Below are positions 50,797 through 57,670 of a stretch of 57,670 nt of DNA, piece by piece. The first letter of the stretch is position 1. Each line of letters starts with the position of its first letter. The stretch is taken from IMG/VR virus record IMGVR_UViG_3300023109_001645, one strand, 5' to 3'. The notes beneath the pieces are model-generated. The model was not told the DNA's origin. It did no database searches and worked only from the letters and a program-made list of their open reading frames with translations. Both the position numbers and the translations under genes were made by a program. This DNA is from an uncultured virus (IMG/VR IMGVR_UViG_3300023109_001645) (taxonomy: Duplodnaviria > Heunggongvirae > Uroviricota > Caudoviricetes).

Positions 50797-51469
50797 TATC
50801 TATTCCCCATTGTCTTTCTTTGCACCAAAAACATTCGCCACATTCTGGAACGTGTTGACCTACTGCATATGATGTATAATCTAAATCCTCAAACTCTCCT
50901 TCACAACTGCGAGTGAGATTTAATAAATCTACGATATTGTTTTTATAGTACTGTCTTATAATCCAATCTTTTTTAGTATACACGAAAGGATGGCAAATGT
51001 CAACTCCATTGTGTACAAAATGAGGATCTAGTACTCCTTCATTACGTTCATCCAGTTGTCCAGGTATGTCTATATCTGGATTCATAGTTACACCTACATA
51101 CAATGCATCTAAGTTATGTTTATGTGCAATGTATTCATTGTGTGAACGCAGTATGATTCTATTGCCGGGTTTTTCTTTTCCGTATTCATCTTTAATTAGT
51201 GTAGTATGAGGCTCTTCCATTTCTGGCGGAATTAAATTTTTATGTATATAAAATTTATTATTAAAATTATCTTTAAACCAATTGATTACGTTATCTGCAA
51301 TATGTTCTTGCCAAGGGCGTGTTCTCCAAAGTCTTATCTGTGAAGTAATATGTATATCTGTAGTTGTACTTACGTTTTTACATATTAAGTAAGCAAGCAA
51401 CGCACTATCTGCACCACCACTAAGACTAATGCCTATCCGTTCCCATGATTTTTTTAAGTATAGTTCCAT
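50789..51469 (-). CDS. QueC-like PP-loop ATP pyrophosphatase
   Basis: SLSGGADS PP-loop and TRSC...CGECFWCKER Zn-site pattern. ATG at 51469 preferred over TTG 51484. Confidence 0.7.
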   Translation of the reverse strand: MELYLKKSWERIGISLSGGADSALLAYLICKNVSTTTDIHITSQIRLWRTRPWQEHIADNVINWFKDNFNNKFYIHKNLIPPEMEEPHTTLIKDEYGKEKPGNRIILRSHNEYIAHKHNLDALYVGVTMNPDIDIPGQLDERNEGVLDPHFVHNGVDICHPFVYTKKDWIIRQYYKNNIVDLLNLTRSCEGEFEDLDYTSYAVGQHVPECGECFWCKERQWGIDNV

Positions 51470-51474
51470 TGTAA

Positions 51475-51518
51475 TATTTACCAAGAAAAGTGCGCGGTTA
51501 ACTTAGAAGCGGTAAATA
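51475..51518. promoter_or_regulatory. Back-to-back late-promoter-like boxes (GGTAAATA on each strand)
   Basis: TATTTACC (51475-82) and GGTAAATA (51511-18) form an 8-bp inverted repeat, each 4-5 nt before an ATG. Confidence 0.65.
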
Positions 51519-51522
51519 CTTT

Positions 51523-52167
51523 ATGCTTACACAAACATCATTTAGAGCTCCGTTATCTAACATAGATATTTTTGGTGAACCTGGAAAACACGATCTCACG
51601 CAACAAACTGGTGACTTCTTTTATGATCCTTGGGAATTAAAACAAGAGTATAAAGATACCATATGGGAAGAAATATGGTGTAGTCTTCCTGGTGACACTG
51701 GTCAAGCAAGAATTATAGTTTTAGAATCACCCAGTTGCTATACGCAACACGCAGACATCGATGACAGGTACCATTTAAATTTATTTGGAGATGAATCTTA
51801 TCTTATAGATTTAGAAAATACACAAATGTATAAACTTGTACAAGACGGTATTTGGTATGAAATGGATGCTGGAAGATTACACAGTGCTATAAATATTGGT
51901 GAACATATGCGTATGCAACTTGTAGTTAGAAAATTATTGAAGCAAAATGTTCTAACTAATTCAACAGAAGTAACTATTAGTGCAGCTGGCAATAATCCAC
52001 GATACCATTTTGATAATAAATTAAGTCCTTGGCTTAATCGTGCAAACAAAAGAGGTATTATAAACAGTTTTCAGCGTGATGGCGGAACAGTTTATTTTAA
52101 TATTGAACACAACTGTATTTTTGAGCTACAAAACATAATGCCCAAGGAGTTTATTTTTGAATATTAA
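51523..52167 (+). CDS. Asp/Asn-beta-hydroxylase-like cupin oxygenase
   Basis: HAD..DRYH...HSAIN.G...R pattern. Confidence 0.7.
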   Translation: MLTQTSFRAPLSNIDIFGEPGKHDLTQQTGDFFYDPWELKQEYKDTIWEEIWCSLPGDTGQARIIVLESPSCYTQHADIDDRYHLNLFGDESYLIDLENTQMYKLVQDGIWYEMDAGRLHSAINIGEHMRMQLVVRKLLKQNVLTNSTEVTISAAGNNPRYHFDNKLSPWLNRANKRGIINSFQRDGGTVYFNIEHNCIFELQNIMPKEFIFEY

Positions 52168-52843
52168 TAATTGGAAGCCTTACTTAAAATTAGACACAGA
52201 AGGCAACCCGTGTATGGCACAACAAACATATGAGCCTTTGGTAAGTCCTGATGGTAAAACATTTTGTAAAAATTACGAGTTTCCAAACGAGTATCAATAC
52301 AGAGATGAAAAAGATCGCCCGTTGTATACTGACGAAGTATGTGATTGGTTCTTTGATAATGAAGTAAAATATCTTTTAGAATTTGAAGACAAACCTTATG
52401 CACCTGAAGATATTGATATTGACTTTGCTAACAGACGTATATTTTTAAAATGGCATAGTAAAAGTTGTAATCAGGTAATGTATGCTCCTAATGGATCATG
52501 GCCTCAAGGTGAATGGCGAGATCAAATTAAAGATATTATGCTTGATCAATATAATGAAGGTATATATAAATTAACAATGTATCCACACTGTCATTATGTT
52601 GACAGTCAAGGACAAATGCGGGCAATTGATTGGTACGGATGTGTGCCGATAGATGCTCCTTATATTGCAGAAAAGTATATGCAAGGAATAATACACGAAA
52701 CTGCACAATTTAGATTAGAAGAAACAGGTAAAGCAGTAGACAATGTATTAAATTTAGAAACTATGTTCAAACGTAGTTTAAGTACTCATGTTCTTTGGGG
52801 AGACCAAAACATGAGTTATATCTATAAAAAGATATTTGAGTGA
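52157..52843 (+). CDS. Degenerate protein-kinase-fold protein
   Basis: TFCK, F.NEV.YL and GIYKLTMYPHCHYVD..G.MRAIDWY align to kinase subdomains; TTG start with AAGGAG RBS. Confidence 0.55.
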   Translation: MNINNWKPYLKLDTEGNPCMAQQTYEPLVSPDGKTFCKNYEFPNEYQYRDEKDRPLYTDEVCDWFFDNEVKYLLEFEDKPYAPEDIDIDFANRRIFLKWHSKSCNQVMYAPNGSWPQGEWRDQIKDIMLDQYNEGIYKLTMYPHCHYVDSQGQMRAIDWYGCVPIDAPYIAEKYMQGIIHETAQFRLEETGKAVDNVLNLETMFKRSLSTHVLWGDQNMSYIYKKIFE

Positions 52844-53435
52844 AAGGAAACAAACGTTGGCGAAATTAATAGGAACAACAGACGGCATAATTGACTGGGA
52901 TCCTATAGTTGACCTATGTGTCGATTGTACTACTGGTGATTACAACTCAGTTAAGTCAGTAGTTGAACGGTCAGAAGGAAACTGGAGAGATAATCCTGAA
53001 TTATTAGGTTCATATCACGATGTAATCAACACATGGGATCAAGCAGGATATAATTTAGAAGAAATTGAATGGTGGGATTATTACCCCGGTGAACATTTTG
53101 ATATAGAAATACAAAACAAGTTTGCTAAAATTATAGATGCAGAACCGTTGAGAGTTTTTGTAAGTGATGTTAGGCCCGGAACTAATGCTCCATATCACTG
53201 GGACGTTGAAGACAACGAACAAGAATGGTTAGAACAAGGCGAACTAAAACGCTGGGTGTGCTTTATGGACAAACCTCGTTGGGGTACTGTTCTTATATTG
53301 GAAGATGAAGCATTTCATAATATTCCGCAAGGACAAATATGGGAATGGGATAGCTATAGAAGTTATCATGCTGGAACATGTATGGGAGTACATCATCAAT
53401 ACCTGTTTCATTTTTTAGGGAGACCAAACAAATGA
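52836..53435 (+). CDS. Cupin/2OG-Fe(II) oxygenase-like protein
   Basis: APYHWD...YHAG metal-ligand pattern. Confidence 0.65.
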   Translation: MSERKQTLAKLIGTTDGIIDWDPIVDLCVDCTTGDYNSVKSVVERSEGNWRDNPELLGSYHDVINTWDQAGYNLEEIEWWDYYPGEHFDIEIQNKFAKIIDAEPLRVFVSDVRPGTNAPYHWDVEDNEQEWLEQGELKRWVCFMDKPRWGTVLILEDEAFHNIPQGQIWEWDSYRSYHAGTCMGVHHQYLFHFLGRPNK

Positions 53436-53962
53436 TTAAGAATATAGGTATATGCGATACTATCGATTGGGATAGTTTAATCGAGCAATGTGCAAGTGTT
53501 GAACCTGAGTTTGTAGGACCAAGTCACAAACGTGGAGACACTATACCTGGTCTAGATCCTATATTAGATATGTGGGAAGAAGCAGGCATAGTAACTGTAC
53601 ATGAAGGCGGAACAGCAGGCTGGGATATGTTTATTCCTGGCAAGCAATTTGATCAAAGTATAGCAGATGCATGGAATGAATTTTATGGATTAAAGTGTGA
53701 AAACATCTGGATAAGCAGAGTATGGCCTGGACGGTTTGCTCCTGTACATTGGGATGTACACGATGACGAAGTTAATCTGCCCGACTGCCCAAGATATCAT
53801 TGTCATATAGGTAAACCAACATGGGGTCATATCTTTATTGCAGACCAACAAACATTTTATAATGAGCCGCAAGGAACTACTTATGAATGGATTGATCGCA
53901 AGTTATGGCACGCCGGAACAAATTGTGGCTTAACGCCTAAATACATATGGAATGCATGGTAA
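53432..53962 (+). CDS. Cupin/2OG-Fe(II) oxygenase-like protein (tandem paralog)
   Basis: APVHWD...WHAGTN pattern; ATGA-coupled start at 53432. Confidence 0.65.
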   Translation: MIKNIGICDTIDWDSLIEQCASVEPEFVGPSHKRGDTIPGLDPILDMWEEAGIVTVHEGGTAGWDMFIPGKQFDQSIADAWNEFYGLKCENIWISRVWPGRFAPVHWDVHDDEVNLPDCPRYHCHIGKPTWGHIFIADQQTFYNEPQGTTYEWIDRKLWHAGTNCGLTPKYIWNAW

Positions 53963-53972
53963 AGGAAAAACA

Positions 53973-54569
53973 ATGGAAAAAGTATTATTAGAATATCCAC
54001 GTATATCAGTTTTCACTGATGTGTTAACAGATGAAGAAGCTGCATATTATGTTGACAAGTATACCCAGGTTGGTATGAATCCTGATGCTGGATTGGAATC
54101 ACGAGAGCAAACACATGGACAAATTACAGAAGAAGTAGAACAGCGTAGTATTAGTTGGGACACATCGCCTGAAGATAGAGAGTTTTTTAAAAAGCGTTTA
54201 GCGGAAACAGTAGGATTTCCAATTGAACATATCGAAGCTGGCGACATATATAGATATTCACCAGGACAATATTTTGGATTGCATCACGACTTTCCGTATA
54301 CACCAGAAGATATTGCTTACTATGAAAAAGGCGGCGATAGAAAAGCAACAGGCATTTTTTGGTTAACAAGTGACTTTGATGGTGGCGCCTGTGACTTTCC
54401 TGAATTAGGTGTTTCAGTAGAACCAGTTAAAAATGGTATGTTTTATTTTGAATATGACTATGAGGATGAAGCAGTTAACCAATCAACTATACATGAAGCA
54501 ATGCCTATTACACGAGGAGACAAGTGGATAGCAGCATTTTTTATTGCTAATGGTCCGAGAGTAGAATGA
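53973..54569 (+). CDS. Prolyl 4-hydroxylase-like 2OG-Fe(II) oxygenase
   Basis: YRY..GQ.F..HHD...GG...FP...HEAMPI..GDKW; AAGGA RBS before 53973. Confidence 0.85.
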   Translation: MEKVLLEYPRISVFTDVLTDEEAAYYVDKYTQVGMNPDAGLESREQTHGQITEEVEQRSISWDTSPEDREFFKKRLAETVGFPIEHIEAGDIYRYSPGQYFGLHHDFPYTPEDIAYYEKGGDRKATGIFWLTSDFDGGACDFPELGVSVEPVKNGMFYFEYDYEDEAVNQSTIHEAMPITRGDKWIAAFFIANGPRVE

Positions 54570-55009
54570 AATTTTATATTACAGGCAGTACAAGAGGATT
54601 AGGAAAGTGTTTAGCTAGACATTTTGATTGTACTACTGTAGATCGACCTATTGATTTAAACACTGATATTCATGATGTAGTTGATATGTTTGAAGAAGGC
54701 GATTGTGTTATATTAAATGCACATGCTAATCAACTTGAATACGTTAATAGACTTAGAGACAAATGTAGATTGGTAGTAATGGGCAGTTTAGCAGCAGTGC
54801 ATCCGGACAGCTCTATGCCTGAATATAGCCAAGACAAATCTCAACTAGAACAAGAAGTAGTAAAATATTCTGTACACAGTAAATACCCAATATTATATTT
54901 ACGGTTAACTAGCAGCAGCTACAAAAATCATAAAATGATTATAAGAAGTATAAAGTTTTGGTTAGAAAATCCAGATATTAATTTTATAGGATATAATATA
55001 AATGACTAA
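54566..55009 (+). CDS. Minimal short-chain dehydrogenase/reductase
   Basis: TGSTRGLG, LNA, MGS and YSQDK motifs. Confidence 0.7.
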   Translation: MKFYITGSTRGLGKCLARHFDCTTVDRPIDLNTDIHDVVDMFEEGDCVILNAHANQLEYVNRLRDKCRLVVMGSLAAVHPDSSMPEYSQDKSQLEQEVVKYSVHSKYPILYLRLTSSSYKNHKMIIRSIKFWLENPDINFIGYNIND

Positions 55010-55598
55010 GAAAATAGTAATTACAGGACACACAAGTGGTATTGGTAAAGCAATATTTGATAAGTTTACAGAAGTTAGCTGTCATCAAATTATTGGCATG
55101 AGCCGCAGCAATGGATATGATATTGAAAAAGATTTTGATAAAGTTGTAGAAGAAGCAGCAGGCGCAGAAATTTTTATTAATAATGCATATAGAGACCAAC
55201 AACAGTTAAAATTGTTTAATGCACTCAAAGACAAAGTAGATAGTATGGTTGTTATGGGCAGTGTAAGCAGACACTATCCCGAACTTATTCCTACAGATTA
55301 TGTACAAGATAAGCAACAATTACACGAAGCATGTAGATTAGAAAGTATTAGACCAAACGGAATTCCTGTATTACATTTAGACTTAGGATTTTTAGAAGGT
55401 ACTACAGTAGAGGACAGTGATCCTACTGCATTTATAAGTGACTACAATACAGATCTAAATGATATAGTTGACACAGTTATATTTTGGGCAAGTCATCCTT
55501 CAATTAGACAAGTTGAATTTACGTGGAAACTAACAGAACATGTAACGAAAGAGTTTGAACGTATTAATCCTAACGCAGATCTATCAAGAGTCAAATAA
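55002..55598 (+). CDS. Short-chain dehydrogenase/reductase
   Basis: TGHTSGIG, INNA, MGS and YVQDK motifs. Confidence 0.75.
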   Translation: MTKKIVITGHTSGIGKAIFDKFTEVSCHQIIGMSRSNGYDIEKDFDKVVEEAAGAEIFINNAYRDQQQLKLFNALKDKVDSMVVMGSVSRHYPELIPTDYVQDKQQLHEACRLESIRPNGIPVLHLDLGFLEGTTVEDSDPTAFISDYNTDLNDIVDTVIFWASHPSIRQVEFTWKLTEHVTKEFERINPNADLSRVK

Positions 55599-56258
55599 GT
55601 GCGGTTCTAAGCGGATACAAATAAAAAGCCAATCTTCGTTTGATGGGTTCCATAATGCATGTGGACTATTTGTCGCATCAAAAATATATGCATCGTATAA
55701 TCCCATATCGTCAATCCTGTCGTCTACTTTTAATTTAACTTCATTATTACTTTTAATGTTTACTAGCAACGAATAATTAGGAGTTCCGTCATCACCATCG
55801 GTATGAGTATGTAGTATACTAGAAGGAGAGAACCAAAAAATTAATGCTTCTCTAGCAATATTGCATTTATCTAAATATAAATTTTGTTCTTTTAATAAAT
55901 TGTTCACATAAGGATGTGCCCAATCTTTATCTGAGTGATAAGAATAAATTACTCTCCATTCGGATTCTTGTTCTAACAAGTGTTGACTTTCCTCAGGAAA
56001 ATTACATATTAGTTCTTCTGTTATTTCGTCACTTGCAGTTTCACAGGACGAAGTAAGGTGTGCCATATTATCCTTATATTGTAAAAAACTCCAAGATTCG
56101 AAATCGTTATAGGTTGGACTTTTTAATATGTTTTCTTTAATGTCATTAACATCTAAGTTTTCAAAATGTGTTTTTATATATTTTACTAATTCTTCTATTT
56201 TAGATAATTTTTCACCTTCTAAAACTTTCTTTACTCCGACGTCTTGTTTTATGTCCAT
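55584..56258 (-). CDS. Asp/Asn-beta-hydroxylase-like cupin oxygenase
   Basis: LHTHTD...YIFDA...HALWN pattern. Confidence 0.65.
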   Translation of the reverse strand: MDIKQDVGVKKVLEGEKLSKIEELVKYIKTHFENLDVNDIKENILKSPTYNDFESWSFLQYKDNMAHLTSSCETASDEITEELICNFPEESQHLLEQESEWRVIYSYHSDKDWAHPYVNNLLKEQNLYLDKCNIAREALIFWFSPSSILHTHTDGDDGTPNYSLLVNIKSNNEVKLKVDDRIDDMGLYDAYIFDATNSPHALWNPSNEDWLFICIRLEPHLFDS

Positions 56259-56800
56259 CTTTCGAATCTTTCTAAATTAGCAAAAAATGCATCAGGATGT
56301 ATTTCCCACACAGTTTGATCTGTATGTCTGTAATGCACTTCTTTAATTTTACTTACTATACCTATTTTAGCAAGTGTAGGAAAATATATAGAGTGTACTA
56401 GTCTTTGACTTCCTTCTTTACTTTTGTTTGATGTAGCAAATACTCTACCTTTGCCCTTTGTCCACTCTAAACAAGCAGGAAGCATAAATTGATCTGTTAA
56501 GTTTTGATGTTCAGCACAGAGTCGATTTGCTTTTACTAATCCGTTGTGTGGTCTTGCTTCACCAAATGTACATACTCTTGTAAGTATCCTATATGAGTTA
56601 GGACCCATGACATCATCAAACGAGTGTGCTGCTACACTGCCTATTGCTTTATCATCATTATAAAGTATCCAAGCATTCCATTCACGTTCGTTATGAAAAC
56701 AATCAATCATTACTTTCTGACTAGCATTGTTTACAAAACCACGCTTGCCTGCTTCGCTATAAAAATTAGCCAAGTCTAAATCTTTATTCCATTCTACCAT
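56249..56800 (-). CDS. GNAT-like acyltransferase
   Basis: WILYNDDKAIGSVAAH...YRILTRVC pattern typical of the GNAT beta strands; ATG at 56800 preferred. Confidence 0.5.
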   Translation of the reverse strand: MVEWNKDLDLANFYSEAGKRGFVNNASQKVMIDCFHNEREWNAWILYNDDKAIGSVAAHSFDDVMGPNSYRILTRVCTFGEARPHNGLVKANRLCAEHQNLTDQFMLPACLEWTKGKGRVFATSNKSKEGSQRLVHSIYFPTLAKIGIVSKIKEVHYRHTDQTVWEIHPDAFFANLERFERWT

Positions 56801-56801
56801 T

Positions 56802-57497
56802 TTATGCATAAATTTCTTTAGCCTTTTCCATTACATCATCTCTAAAGTTTGTTTTAAAACTATCAAATGCTAACAGTTGTATTTTTTGATGTTGGGTTGC
56901 TGCATCAACATCAATACCAGCGGCAATCATTTTAGGAAATAAGTCTGCTTGTCTATCTTCGCTAATGTGACTCATTACACTACGTAAACTTATATCATCA
57001 TCACTTGAATCGTATGTAAAAAAGTAATTCATACTTTTTAGTTTACCGTCTACAATAAAATAGCTGCTAGGATGCAAGCTGTATTTTGTTAATCCCAAGT
57101 CTTTGTGTGCTTGTATTATTTCAAGCATCTGTGTATCCCAATCTGGTAACACTTTCGAATAATCTGTACCAATACATCCAGCTTGTTCCCACAAGTCTGC
57201 TTTTTGTACACCTAAGTATATTTTTCTTTCTTCTAAATTAATGTCTTTAATTTCTGGAACATGTTGTGGATAATGATTTTGCATAAGCAGCAAGTATTCA
57301 ACTTCTCTGTCAAATTTTTCTTGCATCAAATTAGGATCAACAACTTGATTATGTCCTCCGTGATATCCTTCATCGTTATGATACCATTGACAAAATGTTT
57401 TTCGATCTTTACTAATAAGGCTAGTGTAAATAAGATTATTCCTACAAAGTCCTTTGCCTGGAACGTTGTTATAATAATATGAAAAATTAGTGTTCAA
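56802..57497 (-). CDS. Degenerate protein-kinase-fold protein (paralog of 52157)
   Basis: KTFC, FDREVEYL, VPEI.DI and GLTKYSLHPSSYFIVDGKLKSMNYF motifs. Confidence 0.55.
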   Translation of the reverse strand: MNTNFSYYYNNVPGKGLCRNNLIYTSLISKDRKTFCQWYHNDEGYHGGHNQVVDPNLMQEKFDREVEYLLLMQNHYPQHVPEIKDINLEERKIYLGVQKADLWEQAGCIGTDYSKVLPDWDTQMLEIIQAHKDLGLTKYSLHPSSYFIVDGKLKSMNYFFTYDSSDDDISLRSVMSHISEDRQADLFPKMIAAGIDVDAATQHQKIQLLAFDSFKTNFRDDVMEKAKEIYA

Positions 57498-57669
57498 AGT
57501 TTACTACCTTAATATTTTGTGTTTGTGTTATATCGTAATTATCTGCTGTTTCTGTTTTGATTAAATGTATTTGCTGATCGTTATATGATAAAATAAAATT
57601 ACCATCATTAAAATTTTGCTGTATTCTAAATGCGCTGTCTGCATTTATTACTATAGCATATTGTGCAAA
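57487..57669 (-). CDS. 3' end of a hypothetical protein starting beyond the window
   Basis: Open minus frame ...FAQYAIVINADSAF...NIKVVNFEH* overlapping the next start; not in the ORF track. Confidence 0.6.
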   Translation of the reverse strand, partial: FAQYAIVINADSAFRIQQNFNDGNFILSYNDQQIHLIKTETADNYDITQTQNIKVVNFEH

Positions 57670-57670
57670 C

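Noticed and set aside
41969..51469. 7-deazaguanine DNA-modification pathway (QueC plus QueE)
   Set aside because: No FolE, QueD or DpdA is recognisable in the window, and the radical SAM proteins carry extra Cys domains unlike QueE.
26837..57670. Classical RiPP cluster
   Set aside because: No free-standing precursor peptide, RRE/PqqD domain, peptidase or exporter was seen.
1..57670. CRISPR array, tRNA/rRNA, transposase, integrase or diversity-generating retroelement
   Set aside because: Intergenic gaps are under about 70 nt, and no spaced repeats, cloverleafs, reverse transcriptase or recombinase motifs were found by eye.

Overview
This window is an AT-rich segment of a large T4-like (jumbo) tailed phage genome, read in the standard genetic code. 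Bases 1-26.8 kb hold a virion module: a 5'-truncated gp6-like baseplate wedge gene, a 5145-aa multi-domain baseplate/adhesin protein, three paralogous fibre proteins and two paralogous structural proteins, with ATAAATA late-promoter-like boxes in the gaps. Bases 26.8-57.7 kb hold a dense tailoring-enzyme cluster with mostly abutting or overlapping genes. It contains 8 radical SAM enzymes (4 with an N-terminal twitch domain), 4 GT-A-like and 2 probable GT-B-like glycosyltransferases, 6 2OG/cupin oxygenases, 2 SGNH proteins, a UDP-glucose dehydrogenase, 2 extended SDRs, 2 mini-SDRs, a methyltransferase, a QueC-like PP-loop enzyme, a GNAT and 2 pseudokinases. The simplest reading is a phage-encoded glycan/protein hypermodification pathway. 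Hidden signals include two candidate overprinted genes (40756-40890 and 42468-42704, the latter behind an internal TATAAATA box and a hairpin-rich leader), a 27-bp duplication scar around an inserted gene (47514-48671), a divergent late-promoter pair and a leaderless sigma70 transcript. All product calls come from motif recognition by eye; no database searches were run. No tRNA, rRNA, CRISPR array or transposase was seen.
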